NCBI GenBank assembly: GCA_973895155.1
Contig: OZ316891.1
Location: forward strand, 10,293,875 to 10,357,874
Reading direction: 5' to 3'
Origin: Marsupella aquatica
Lineage: Eukaryota > Plantae > Marchantiophyta
DNA: 64,000 bases
Shown here: in pieces, positions 47,929-64,000 of the stretch
Layout of the letters: the number at the start of each line of letters is the position of its first letter
Numbering within the stretch: position 1 is the stretch's first letter
Program-made: the position numbers and the translations under genes
Notes under the pieces: model-generated
Seen by the model: only the letters and a program-made list of their open reading frames with translations
Told to the model about the DNA's origin: nothing
Databases searched by the model: none

Positions 47929-50900
47929 CTATCTAGAGGGAGTAGTTGGACTTTGAGGCTTGTCAGGAGACTTGAGCCTGTCCACTCGGCGCTGGAGGTC
48001 CGCCATTAGTTGTGGCTCCTCCTTCTTGCTCTGCTTGTTAATAGTATTCATTGACATCACTCCAACCTTGTCAAAGGCTACCTGCAATTAGAGATCAACA
48101 AGGAGCACGTCAGATGTGATGCGGTTGAAAATAAACCAATATACCATGGTAGACTTCAAATCTCCTCGATTGTCTTGTTCCCAGACATAGATTGGCTGGA
48201 AGAAGACATACTGGAGAAGGAGAATGCCCTTGGACGAAGGCAACATCTCATTCTCGTAGAATATCCGAGAGATAGCTCACAAAGGGGCTAAGGTCTCGAC
48301 TTGCAAGACGTACCTTGAGAAGAATATCTGGATCGTAGAGATGCTCTGTAGAGAGCTGCAAAATCTTCATTACTTGCCCGGCATGCTTTGTATTCAATAA
48401 TGAATCCTCATTTAACTGCAAACAACGTCCGCAAGCAAGCCTTAGAACATATGCCCACATACAAAGGCTGGACCCCAGGCAGGCTCAACCCCAACAAAGA
48501 ATTGAAAGCCAGGATAACCTAACAGGGTACCTTCTGCCGCGTACCTCAATGAACATAGACGAGGAAAGCTTTACCTTGAAGATTGCTAAGGCTACTCTGA
48601 AGATCACTTTTACACCTTCATTGAATAGCACATCCCAAACCCGCATGACGGTCTACAGGAGAGAGTACAGAGAAGCGTCAGCGACCAAGAACGATATTCA
48701 AATCACCGACCAGTGTGTGTAAAGCATACCAATGGAGACAAGAAGATAGTTCAAAACTGAAACTTTGATGGGCAAGAACAGATATCAGGGTTCAGGAAGT
48801 CACCTCAGATGGAAAAGTCTTTGCAAACAAGCACAGAAACCACTCCGTTGTAACTAGGGTTGAATCGAATCCAATCTGGTCCAAGTGTTGAGCCAACCTG
48901 AGCCATAGAAATCAATAAGAAAAGCACCAGAGTCAAACCCATATTAATCATGCCCATTCAGAAAATACTAGTCCACACGGTTTACAAATATGATTCAGGA
49001 GGATACCTCGGCTACAGAACACAGACAGTTGCTCAAGTTCCTCAAGCCAAACAACGTCCTCAGGATACGGGATTCAAGGGTAGAAAGGGAGTAGAAGCAA
49101 ACCTTGGAAACTTTTTCTTCAAGAGGTCTTTGAACACTCGTTGTGCAAGATGACAGCCTCGTAGGTCCTCGGAAAAACTTTCACTAAACAGTACATTTTC
49201 CAGCAAGACGCAAAGCATCCAAAACGCATCCTCCTCCGTCTTCATGACGAGCAGGAGCATTGCCGCCAAATAATTCATGCCCTGCTCACAACCACAGAAC
49301 GTCAGGACATAAATCTGGCACCACAATACCGATGTGAGGCAGAAGTAAACGAAAACGTCATATGAACCAGCAGTGTCTGAGCATTCCCTTCACAATCTCA
49401 GTGCGCGAGCCAGGTTTAAGATGCCTCGAAGGAGACAAGGGAACATACCTGGCAGTATCCCACACTAGAATCGCGAAACGAATAAGCCACCAAAACTCGA
49501 CGAAGAGTTGCCTGCCCATCAGCAGAATCCACCCATGGGTGAGATGGAAATGTCCTTGCCAAATCCTGCACAAGCCAATTGAGGGCGTTCTGGATCAATT
49601 CACCATCCTCCGGAAACCCCTCCTCCGGGAACCCCTCCTATCTCCAAAATCTAAGAGCCCAAGAAGAGGATCTCTCCAGGTACAACAGGCTGAAACAACG
49701 AAGGATCCGCAAAACCCGAGTGGATATGGACATGGCCAGTGCCTGCGCCGTTTCTGATCCTATCCCTAATTGTATCAAATTACCCTTGCGTCCGAGACCA
49801 AAGACCCGAGCTATCTGGTATATTCTCCATGCCTGCACTTAATCCCTATCCCTCGACATCCCTGTACTTCGCTCGGTAGAGGGATAACGTAGTCTAGATC
49901 TCTCCTTCACTATTTGCTGCGCGATTTCCTCAGTCTCGCACTCCATCGGAGCCTAACACTTCACAGGTAACGCTTCCTCGGGTACGACAATGAACAAGGT
50001 CCACTGGGGCTTGTTTGTGATTGAGTCTGGCTGCCTTCACAAACATCTTTCCACTTCGAAGTCTATCAAATTGTCTGGTGGGATTAAGTGTGGAACATCC
50101 GTTCCTAGGCGTATATTTCACCCTTAATTGGTAAAAAGCAGATCAACGCCATCTGCCAGGAGTATCACTCACCTGTCCCGTCCGACTCGAGACAGACGAC
50201 AACAATGAGGGAGCCAAACCACCTTGGTAATTTGTTCGAGAGAAGCTCGGAAAGAAAGGCTCTAATTTAAGCAAGCACACAAGAAGCGGGAGTGCTCTAG
50301 ACCGTCCCCGTGCAGTACCACAAACAGACTAGGATGACTTTGTGAAGAGAGAGAAAAGTGTCGAGGACACGCGCGCAATGCTGGCAGAACAAAAGCAGCA
50401 GTGGCTACAACTATCCAACAGAAAACGATGGGAATTCACTAAAATTATCCTGCAGTATCTGTATACTCAAATCAGATCAAATTCATCCACTTCAATCCGC
50501 CTTTCTTTCCGAAGGTAACCCACAGTACGTTGGTAGGAGGCCCTTCGCAGCACTATGCAATGCGGAAGAGATAATTCACTCTGAAGACAAGGAATATACA
50601 ATCGCAAGAATTTCATGTAATGAGGGTGGAGACATGAGATGTCAACATACGTGCTCAATCTGTTTGGTCGCAGGAGTTACTTGTCCGACCACAGCATGGC
50701 AGAGGTCCTCGTAGTAACTTTCAGGCACATTCGCTCTCTTTCTTCCAGCACCAGACACAGCTTGCCAGACTTTGGGTCTGAGAGTCGGTGGAACCCCTTT
50801 CCTGACGAGCTTCTTCAACTGAATGGTACTAGTGAGCGTCGAAATGGAGAGAGAAGAGGGCATGAAGGTGTCAGAATCGGACGACGAAAGGGACGAAACA

Positions 50901-51151
50901 TCAGGCTGGAGGTACCAACCAGCTCCCTTGCTGGCCTCCATTGCCCACCAAGCCCGAGTCTGCTCCCTCACCCTGTCCTTCACGATGTTGAAGATCACCG
51001 CTTCGTCCACGGAAATCTCCAGAGGAAACATCAACAAGTCCACGATCTTCACCTTGTACTGCTTCCTAGACCAGTCTGCTGGCCCTCTCATGATCTTGCT
51101 CTCGAAGCCCCAGCTTGGATCCGAATCTAGGGTGCTCACTGCCTGATACAT
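47929..51151 (-). CDS. TBC-domain Rab GTPase-activating protein (GYP/RabGAP; GRTP1-like, At3g07890-type); exons 51151-50651, 49565-49449, 49281-49103, 48897-48804, 48652-48575, 48415-48314, 48081-47929
   Basis: Motifs WWAMEASKGAGWYLQP, LVRKGVPPTLRPKVW, IEHDLARTFP (R-finger), GYCQGMNY (Q-finger), EEDAFW, TEWFLCLF and RVWDVLFNEG. All introns are GT-AG and frame-consistent. Confidence 0.95.
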
Positions 51152-52154
51152 CCTTACAATCTATCCACAAAGTTACAACCTTGTTGCCCTCCTTCCCACC
51201 TCACAACAGTTCCACCGTTCTACCTTCCTACCCGTGAAACCTTATGCTGATTGCTCGAGTAAAGGCACAAAGATTTAAAACCCCTCCTACTTCCGCATCG
51301 TAAATTCACATCGGTCTGCCGGGCCGCCGGCCTTCTGAAACCGATCATTCTTCTCATTCGCCTTCTTCATCTTCTCCTCCTGAGTCTCTCTCTCCGACTC
51401 TGACTTGTCGACGCAACCCAGATCCGAATCGTCCTTCCTTCCGGAGCTAATTCAACACCTGATCATGATGCCTTTTGCGAATTAAGTCCTCCCCCTCCAC
51501 AGAAGGTCCACTCCGATTCGCCGACATCTAGTTACCTCTCCTTCTCTCTCTCTCCTTTGCTCCCTATTCCGCACCTCTCTCACACCGGTCCTATCTAACA
51601 AATTTAATCAGCCTGAATCCTCAGTTTCTCTTACTCAGCTTCGCTTCTTTTCGGTTATGAGCGAGGATCCAACGCCACGGAAGGGCAGTGGGCAACCTGT
51701 GGGAACGCGGTGGCTGGAACTCAAATCAACAATCGCATCCTGCCGCTCTCATCCACCAGCTCTCGGAATCGATCACTCAATCAATCAAATCACCTCGCAT
51801 CACATTCCGAAATGAGAAAGACTTCTAATCCTATTGCAATCGTTTCCCTCAGCACAAGCACGAGAAAACTCCTCCCTCACTCCGCTATCATTCTTCCTTC
51901 TTTCCTGATTACTGCCCAACAAATTTTGCAAACCATTTGAGAGTAGAACGGAGCATGCTGCAAGCTAGCAGGAGCAGCCAAAGTGATTAGTTCATTCCCC
52001 ACATCCCAACTCCTCGATGTCCATCCCGTGGACGTTTCAGCGACCATGAACAACCACTACTGTCTTATCAAAAGAGGTCTGGCAGCTTCTTCTTCGTCTT
52101 CTGCATACCAAGTCATCCACGAGAAGAAGAACACACTCCTCTCCTCTGCCTTTC

Positions 52155-52160
<6 letters not shown>

Positions 52161-52194
<34 letters not shown>
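52161..52194. repeat. (CT)n microsatellite upstream of the TBC gene (5' leader/promoter)
   Basis: Perfect dinucleotide run. Confidence 0.95.
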
Positions 52195-52197
<3 letters not shown>

Positions 52198-52548
52198 CGC
52201 TGTGTCCTACCTATCCACTTCACTACACTCCACCCTCTTTCCCCTCCGTCTACAGTAGACATCCATCCACAAGTCAATCAATCACTCTGCAATGTACAGT
52301 TATGAGTCCTGTTGGGTCGGTTTGGATGGATGATCATGAGTGAGCGGCTCGGTTGTGCAGGTTAACTATAAACCACATTATTAGATCCATGATTGTAATG
52401 GCAAAGCTAATTACAACCAGCGACTCTACTACTGTAACAGACTAACCCTCTCCTGTTCACTAACAATAGAGTACCGTAATACGTCCCACGAAACAAAGGT
52501 ATCGGTCTCTAACCATCCATTTCTGGAGGTCCAGTTATTTTCATAATG

Positions 52549-52925
52549 TAATGGCGTCTCAAAGTTTAAAAATTAGGGATGATGATATTCAGAATGGTCA
52601 CATATTTTTCACAAAGTTTTTTTCTTACTCTTTCTTTCACTCGCCTCTAGAGTGACTAATGGTAACACTACCAATCCTAGGTTGTTTTTTTCTCTGTCTT
52701 TCACTAGCCTCTATGGTGACTAATGGCAATGGCATACGATCAATCCTAAGTTGTTGTTTTTTCTTTCTTTCACTAGCCTCTATAGTGACTATTGGTAATG
52801 GCATACGACCATTCCTTATGCCAAAGTTATGGACTATACATTTCATAGTGAATAACTTTTCGTGTCCGTAGCCCATAACTAGGGAGTCAAGGTCCATCAA
52901 AATTGTCAGCTTTGAGACACCCTAT
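52549..52925. mobile_element. Possible Tc1/mariner-like MITE containing three ~65-70-bp tandem units
   Basis: Imperfect TIRs atggcgtctcaaag / ctttgagacaccctat; internal ctttcact.gcctcta..gtgacta.tgg unit x3 (52633-52815). Confidence 0.4.
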
Positions 52926-53619
52926 TGCTCACAATCTCAATGTCTAACCATCCATTTACGGAGGTCCAGTTTCATGCTCTAATGTTCTGAAAGTCATGAC
53001 ATTATCTAGTATTGTATCTATGTACTACAATGACCCGTCTGGGTAGGGGTTCTAGTCTAAACCTTATGACCAGAATACTCAGAAAAGCTTCCTGGTTACC
53101 GCCACTCATAAAAGCTTTTTCCTTAGAAGAAGTTCATGTCCAAACCTTGACCTGGGTTCTTTGGCTCTACCTAGGGTAGAGTCCTTTCACCGCCTCTAAA
53201 CCTGATTTGCATCTTCAGAAATCCTCCTATATTTATGGCATGTACAGTCCTTTCTGCCCGGTTCCTCTTTACTTCAGTGGCATGTCCCATTTGAGTCTGG
53301 TTCAGTTTGTTGTTGCTTGGGTTATTCTCACTGTGGGTTGCCTGGTCTTTTGTGCATTGAGTTTTTATTACCACCATAGCATTGCTCTAATTACTTTAGA
53401 GTAGTGTATAGTAACTCCTCTGAATAAGCCTGAGTTGCTTGTGTTGTGTTGTGCACAAAAATAAACACAAAATTACCCTTACAAAATGCAAGATACCTGA
53501 GGCAATGTTAGTATATGAATCTCTTACACATCCTTGATGGTGACGGACAATGGCGTTGGTTTGTGGCACTACAAGGTAGCCCATCAGGTGCCATTGCCAG
53601 TTTGGCACCTGCCCATGGA

Positions 53620-53961
53620 TGTTAGGTACTTCCTCTTAGGCCTAGGGTTACAACATGTAACTATAGCTAGGCTAACCGTAGTCAGGGACGTGGTCAGGTT
53701 AGCTAAAATGCACACTATATCATAAGTGGTGTATGTTTGGATAAGTGAAACTAAGGCTCATTGCTAGAGAACCACCTGAGAGATGAAGAGAGTTTACACT
53801 GTGGAGACTAAATATGGCTTAAGAGTTTAGAGTTCAGAAAGCTCTCTTGTGCGTTCCGTGGACGTAATCTTGAGGAGGTGAACCATGTATCTCTTGTGTT
53901 GATTACTTGCATGTTAAAAGTGTCATATGCTTATTGTTGTGAATGTCATCTATGCTCAACA
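53620..53961 (+). mobile_element. Intact Copia-type solo LTR, 342 bp
   Basis: TGTTAG...CTCAACA with a perfect ATGGA TSD (53615-53619, 53962-53966); homologous to the copies at 2605 and 29711. Confidence 0.92.
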
Positions 53962-55311
53962 ATGGAGGCAGTCTACAAAGACAACTCTACTATTTTTTGG
54001 CAGAAACTTGACCTTTGAACAGATGTTCGCATGTGGTGTTGAACAATTGTAAAATCATATGCAGGTTGGCGGAGAGATGCTGGCTTTCTCCCAGAAAATG
54101 GAGGTCCGAAGGCAGTGAAAATTGCAATCACCACAAAACTTTATTGGATTCATCTCCAAGATTTTTGGGCAAGAACTGATCACTTTATTACTTCGGGGTA
54201 ACCCTCACATTTTTAATTGGGAATGCCTGGCCAAAAAAGCCTAAGGTCCACTCTTCAGTCTGTGCCCTAAGATTGATATAATTGGAGATGTAAAATTTAG
54301 ATTTTAGCTGGCGATGGGAGTGTTCTTGAGTTCAACTCCTACTTGTGTTGGTCAATTGTGCACAAGTAAACTCACGGGAGCATGCCCTATGGCGGTCAAT
54401 TGGGTGCACGACCAGTGGGCTTCAGCAAGTTTTGTGGGATACTTGACTAAAAGTGTTTTTTTTCTATATGCAAAGATGCTGTACTACTGGACATGCTCTT
54501 ACTGATCTCTAAGGCCTCCACTCCTTCAAATTCCCCTTGCCTTCTTAGGGTTGACCCACACCTCCCACTCTCTCACTCTCCTTGGCGATAAGTCCATCTT
54601 TCCACGCCTACCTTTTCTTCCTTTTCTCTTACCAGCACAGTAAACATATTCCTACGAAGAAAGACCCCTGTGCCGGCCACGTGTCGCTGACTGGGTCATC
54701 ATCATTTACTTGTCTTGTCTCGAAAAATTCCATTCCCTTCCAAAAGAAGAGCAGAGTCCTATCGGGTGCCTTGCTGCGGCCTCTCTCTCGTTTGCATGGG
54801 TGGGTATCTTTCGAGGTAAAAGATGACTTTAGAGTGGGCATCATCATCTCTTTGTCCCTCGTGGGCGTGTCTTTTCCTTCGAGACCCGCCCACTACAGGA
54901 GAAGCAGCAAGGGCACCAGCCTGTCCCTCACCCCGTGACGGTGCTTTTCATTTCAGCCTCCCGCGGAATTTCACTGCCCGCCTCGTGCACCACAGAATGC
55001 GGTCTGCAAACGGAGAAGGAATTGGTCGTGTTTTTTAGCGAGACGCGTTGCAAATGACGTCTTACTTCCTCCTCGAGGAGGAATAGTCTTGCAGTACGGG
55101 CGTGCGATCTGGGTTCGGTCTGAAAAGAATTTAATTACAAAAATCGTGGGCCGACTGACAAAATATTATGAGGTCCTTGTGAAGCTAAAGCCAATCTTGT
55201 CATGTAAATTTTATTTGAGAGGATTTTTGAGCACCGTGGTGTATACACTGACTTTTCCGTGTATACCTTGTTTTTTAAATTAACAATTGAAAGAGGAGAA
55301 TAGTATTCTGG

Positions 55312-56728
55312 GGAAGCCCGGATAGACCCTAGGTTTGTCAAAATGCTCTCATGTATTTTTGCAACTCAGATGGACCTCATTTTACTCACAATGTCACAGG
55401 GAATATTCCTAATTAATCCATCACAATTGTATGGTTTCTGTCTAGGGTCCATTTTAGGTGATCTTCACTATTGCTAAAATGCCCCAAGAGACCTTTTCAA
55501 ACAAGATGGAGTACAGCAAAACCCACTGAAATGATGACTGAAATAGATGAGTGAAATCTGGCAGGAAAGTAAGACACTTTCTTGAGGAATTTGTAGGTCT
55601 CTCATGTTTGCATGAAATTTCACTCTACCAGGTTCCTTGGAAAAATAATCCTGACCAATAAATTTCTAACTGTCCAAAAACAATGGATTCCATTTGGGTG
55701 TCAAGAGACACTGAGTATCAAAGTTAGTGGCTAGACAACTTCAGAAGCTCAAAGTGTACACAGCCAGTGATGTAGTAGATTAGAAACTCCTAACTTTCTC
55801 AATTCTTTGTGAAAAATAGTGATGTTGAAGTGAAAGATCGCTCAGTTAGCCATCAATTTCCAAAGAAATAAGAAGGGTGTCAATGGGCAAAGGTGTGCAA
55901 GGTGTCAACATACATGAGGTTGGACCCTTCACAAGCTCTCTTCATGGCGCATCATTTTCTGGGCCCACAAGTATTTTGGGGTCATTAAACCTATCCGTAA
56001 ACTATTTTAACTAGCGATGACTCTTGCACCTTGGTGCCTAAATTAAATCACCTTGGTGCCTAAATCAAATCTCAAGCATCCTGGTGTAAACACTGACTTT
56101 TCAGTGTAGATCGCCTCCAAAATGGAAAAGAGGATAATAACTTAATTAATTAATTAATGCTTCGCGTTGGTATGGCCGTATGGGCGAACCGAGATGACAG
56201 GGCAGTACCTCCTAGGCTGACCCGTCCACACGCGGTCTACAGGAGTAAACAAGGAATGATGTCGGCGCAGATCCTAACTGCGTGAAGGAAAGACCAACGA
56301 GAGCCCGCCACGTTTAATCGAACCTACTGTAGTACGGAAAGGTAAAGTGACTCGGATTGGAGGGATACGGATACGATGCGATCCGGTGGGACTGTACACT
56401 CCCGCCACCGACGCGAGTTGGAATGGCGGGAATTTCACCTGCGTTTGTTTGTGTCCTTTGCTGTTTACTTTATTTGCCGTAGTTTACAATCGTTGAATGC
56501 ATTTTGTTTTCTTCTGAATTTTTTCCCCTCTTTCGTTTTCTTCTGATTTTAGGGAATTGTTAAGCTAATTGTTCTATCCCTAAATGTAAAGCCCCGATAG
56601 ACCTCTAGGTTTGTTAAAATGCTCCCATGGATTTTTGCAACTCAGATGGACTGCATTGTACTCACAATGTGACAAAAAAATTTCTCAATCAGTCCATCCC
56701 AATTGTATGGTTTCTTCTATGGTCCATG
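55312..56728. repeat. ~140-bp direct repeat pair (55312-55452 and 56588-56728)
   Basis: aagccc.gatagacc..taggtttgt.aaaatgct..catg.atttttgcaactcagatggac..actcacaatgt..tccatc.caattgtatggtttct occurs in both. Confidence 0.8.
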
Positions 56729-56959
56729 GGAACATCATTTTGGTAAATATACATTACACCCAAAATACAAAAAACGGCAAAGTAGGAGATAAGATCCCCA
56801 AAAAGGTCCAAACGAGGGGACAGGACCCAATAAAGGGAAGAAGACAAGAAAAAAAAAAGGGAACCTGAGAGTCAAATAAGCGTGAAAGTGAACCCAAGAT
56901 TCACTAGCAATGACAAAAGAACTAAAACTTTATTGACACATGAGGTAGGAGATGGTGCT

Positions 56960-57300
56960 TCAGTTACAGTACCTGGTCCTCCATCACAACAATTAAGGGT
57001 TTATCTTATCATGGTCTGTGATAGTCGGCGCACTTTGGCGGATGTTGTAATAGCAAACCCTTTCTACCAGGACGTCATTGAGATAGCGACGACAACAGCA
57101 AGGGCAGCGGCATCCCAAGCTGTCACAACCCCAGTCACAACAAAGGAGACAAAATATGTCACTCAAGATTCCTCCCCCTTTCTATTGTATTTGGGCATAT
57201 TTGTCATTAGTTCAATGGGCTTCTTCAACAGGCTGCTCGTGATATTCATGGATGGATGGGCTGAGAATGGGTTCATGCTATAATTAGTTGAGTGTAGAAG
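56960..57300 (+). mobile_element. Degenerate restriction-like endonuclease (RLE) tail of a CRE/R2-type non-LTR retrotransposon
   Basis: LRVYLIM...RRTLADVVIANP...AASQAV..KETKY..SPF..LG fits the RxD..DV.I.dP..aA..a...K..kY...f.Pf..e..G pattern; the first Asp is mutated. Confidence 0.55.
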
Positions 57301-57599
57301 CATGTTGAAGTTGGCCGAGCATATGTTGCTAAAATTAATCAAGCATGTGTTGGCTCAAAATAATGCCTTTGGTTGTAGTGCTTTTAATTTGCAAACAGCT
57401 CAAGGGTCTCCCCAAAATTTTCATTTTTCCCAAATCTAAGAAATGGATGGTAAAATACTAAAAGAGATCATTGCTTTATTTTGATACATACCTACGTCCA
57501 TGTGGGACATTGGTCTTTGCTACCTACCTTGCGCAAATGACCTCTTTTCTTAATGTTCTTGAACAGAGGAGGAAACCCAGCCCTGGAACCCCGCCCTAC

Positions 57600-57951
57600 T
57601 GATGATAATTAACTCTAATGACTACTTAGGTTAATTGGAGTATTGCTTAACCATAGTAAAGGGATGCTAGTGCTAGACTAGCGGAGATGGCCTATACCCT
57701 GGACCAACACTTCACACATCTAGAGATCAGTCAGTCTACAGGAGTTGATAACCAAAGAGAGAAAACAGGATAGTGTCATAGAGCAACTTGTCGCTTGTAC
57801 AGCTATGGAGTATGTACAGTGTTATAGCTAAGTGAATTCTTTCACATGGCCGTGGACATAGTCCAATTGAGTTGAACCAACGTACCTCAGTCTGTGTCGA
57901 TATCGTTGCTTACTAGATTCGTTTGACATTGTGTCTTGATATATCTCAACA
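57600..57951 (+). mobile_element. Diverged Copia-type solo LTR of a second subfamily (~350 bp)
   Basis: TG...CTCAACA, with the CCGTGGACATAG..GAACCA.CGTA..CTGTGTCGA motif; flanks CCTAC/CCTCA match only imperfectly. Confidence 0.55.
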
Positions 57952-60757
57952 CCTCAACTTAATCCTTGGGCAGACGGGCAGGCAGGAAGAAAACAGTGAA
58001 ATGAGCCCAATAAATTGATCCTTGTCCCTTCCTTAGATGTGGGATTATTCAGAATAAAAACAAACAGTAATTGTTCTTTCCAAAAAAATGAGTAAACAAA
58101 GACTATCAGTTTGGTGTCCACCAGTGGGAGTGCTCTTCAAGCAAGCGCAATGGTGCCTGCAATCAGCCATTGTCCCCAAAGTGCAGTAATTTTCCCAAAA
58201 AGCACCCTGCACAGGCACCCCAAATCGCCAATGAAAGCATTTGTTGGGCAGCTCCAAGAAGTATTATTTGACTCCCATTTTGGTGCCTTTTGCAGCCACC
58301 CAAACTGCTTTGCCTGCCAAGCTTTATTGCATCTATGCGTGTAGGTATGCCATCTGGTTGAATCCAAACTGCTCTAAACATCAATGCCCCATTATTTTTC
58401 TTGTGTGCACTATTCGTAGGCAAAACGATATGCCTTGAGTGGTCAGCTCAGGTGGCCAGGGGTGACTTGTGATTAGGAGGTCTCAAATTCAATCCCACCC
58501 AGACATTCTGCTCCTGATTCTTATTAAGGACGAAAAGTTTAATACGGATTCTATGCCAAACTGCTTTGCGGGTTATGCACCATAGACCTGAACTAGCCTA
58601 AATGCCTGACTCTTGCTCATAAATAGATGGTTCTGATTATCATCGTGCCCATTTCCAATCCCCACCCCAACATTAGCTGTGCCCCAACAGTCATGGTCTA
58701 AAGTCGGACCAGGGGCCCTTGCCCTAGCCTTCATTTGCGCTGTATTAGGTACACTACATACAACAAGTACAAATCCTCCTATGTACAAAATATCAAACCG
58801 GGAATGCCTGCAAGCTAGTGCACGTTTTGTTCAAAGATGGTTTCCCCTTGAAAAAACCACCATGCCTCGGCAACTGTCTTCCCCCGAACACAGCGCCATG
58901 GCATCATGTTTGAAAATGGAAATTTTTGGGTCTTGTGAAGAAAAAAGACAATTGAATTTGGAACACCACATCTATTTAACACAATGCCCGAGTGTTCTGT
59001 TCAAGTTGGACATTGTGTTGAGTTTTGACCCTAAAATGTTTTACACTGAGCAGAGAATGGCCCACTATTCTAATAATAGTGTGCCATGCTACAATGCCAT
59101 GGCGCTATCTCCCGGAGAAGACTGTAGTGCTCGGGATAGCAGTGGACCATTAAAAACTACTTGCCGCCTGGTCCGGTGTTTGGGATAGAGGACGGATGAT
59201 CTTGGAAGTTTATAGCTTTACCGGTTGCACCCCTGCAAACCAGTGTGCAACCAGTGCCATTGCTGTTAGTATGTAAACAGAGAAAATTGCTTGGTAGGTT
59301 CCCAAAGAGAAATCCTGCTCGGTGACCCCAGGATTTGAAAATGCCTTCGTGGGTGACGGTGCCGTTTCGTGTAGTTTAGCATGACCTGTTCTTTTGGCAC
59401 GAAAGTTTAACATGCGCTGTTGAGGCCAGAGGACGGAACTGTAGGTGGAGCAACTCCATGTGCTTCAGCAGATGGGGCCAACTTTATTTTGTCTCACCTC
59501 TTGTAACTCAACCTGGACATCAGCTTCTGCTCCAATTAACTTATGGACTTAGAAGTTTAGTTGGTCAAATCTAGTAAGACATGACATGTGGTAGAGTTCA
59601 AAGAAGGTGATTGACGATCTAGCTAGACTTCCGTCCTTGATTTGTACTGTAGCTGTCCCTGACATTGGCCTCTTGCTTCTAGTCGGTGCTTCTACCTTGT
59701 TGGTCACCTGCTCTGCCTAGATCTCCTCTGACTTGAAATCCTATTCATTCATTCTCGTCTGCTAAAGTGCAACTGGAAGCAGCTTCAGCTCAATTTGTCT
59801 CCATGTTGCAACACATTCATCTGATTGTGGGACCTTTGACAATAACTTTTCGATATTAGGTAGTACCAAGGATTTGCATCAATTGTTCTGGACTTTGTCT
59901 GACAAAATAATCATGGGAAGTCCACATTCGACTACTGTACTATTATTGTCATAGGATTGCAAACTAGTGAAGTAGACACTTAACATCCAAATGCCAGCAG
60001 AAATCCAAGTTGCATTACACTCCTGCCGTGATTGAAGCATAAATATTGATCTCCATCATGGTCACCTATTTAATATGTTACTGAATCTGGAATCAGTTCG
60101 AGATGCAGTGATAGATTGAACTTTGAAGGGAAGCTTTAGCATCGATGTAGTGAACGAGCTTCAACAGGAGAATCAACGCATTCGTCAGCCACCAGTAGTT
60201 TTCCTGAGAAAGAAGTGTGATGCAGAGCTTCCTGCTGCTAAATTTTTCACATCCCTTGACAATCAATAGCATCAATAGAAGAATAAGACTACCTAGTTGC
60301 GCAAGTACATAGAAATGGATATAACAGTTTCACATTCATTGATGCAACGCCAGAGAATACTTTGGGAGATGAACTGTAGTTGTCCTGCAGACTTTGATGC
60401 CTTAGACCTCCTGCTGAAGAGATTTATAAAATCCTGCAAATAAATTATAGCCATCATTTAATCTCTATATTTATTAGCACATTCTAGTGCTGAAGCTCTT
60501 AGACCAAGCTCCACAGAGGTGTTTGTTTGGTTGTTTGTTTGTTATTGAAGACCAGGACCACATAATCTTTACTTTCCTAGTACTTCTTAAATATAGGATA
60601 TGAAAACAGCCTTATCCCTTGAAACATAGAGTTTTTTTTGTTGGTATTGTTAGATTCCCTTCCTTACTTTTGAAGTGCAAACAAAGACAACATGTTTTTA
60701 ACTGCTTCAACGCCATGTATTTGCCTTATGATTCGAGAGATTGTCATGATAGAGAAA

Positions 60758-63719
<2,962 letters not shown>

Positions 63720-64000
63720 TCAGGAAAATTCGAGGCCACTCGTTTAAGTGCTTTGAAGTTGAAGAGACTACGAACACCTCGCGAGAGCTTGAAGATAAAT
63801 TTATAGTTTCAACTGGACTCGTAGACGGATCTTTAATTCATCTTGTAGAGATTTGAGTTGAATGAGATGTCCGATTATAACTCTTACTGTGGATAGAACT
63901 TCTGAGAATCTCTCTGGTGTAGCATTGTGAATTTGACTGACATGCAGTTCCATTTAGGTCCTATGGTGACTGTTGTGTTATGTGATGTGCCTCATTCTTT

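Noticed and set aside
58438-58500. tRNA gene (cagctcaggtgg A-box, ttcaatccc B-box-like)
   Set aside because: No cloverleaf and the B box is degenerate; at most a decayed tRNA-derived SINE head.
58100-59190. Highly decayed PPR-like traces (- strand) and a 169-aa + strand ORF
   Set aside because: Similarity is spread over several frames and too weak; the + ORF has no motif.

Overview
Eukaryotic nuclear DNA with GT-AG spliced genes and plant-type gene families; a bryophyte such as a liverwort or moss is likely (inference). Four apparently intact host genes are present: an IGHMBP2/SMUBP-2/UPF1-like SF1 helicase (partial, left edge), a MITOFERRINLIKE1-type carrier, a 7-exon TBC/RabGAP gene, and a CaMKK/GRIK-like kinase fused to a C-terminal cyclic-nucleotide-binding domain (partial, right edge). 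Pseudogenes include a tandem-SPRY gene, an ankyrin-TM gene and an aspartic-protease fragment. The rest is a nested transposon field: ~345-bp Copia-type solo LTRs, a LINE RT remnant, a PIF/Harbinger transposase with one in-frame stop, 8-bp-TSD MITEs and a CRE/R2-type endonuclease remnant. The most notable items are two unrelated elements with TG-type ends and 5-bp TSDs that have no gag/pol and no terminal direct repeats but carry protein cargo. One is a 5.0-kb element with a ~1000-codon PMD-like/coiled-coil ORF (3 relatives in the window); the other is a 2.5-kb element with an RPA-like OB-fold ORF. The kinase-cNMP fusion is also notable. All homology calls come from motif recognition by eye; no database searches were run.
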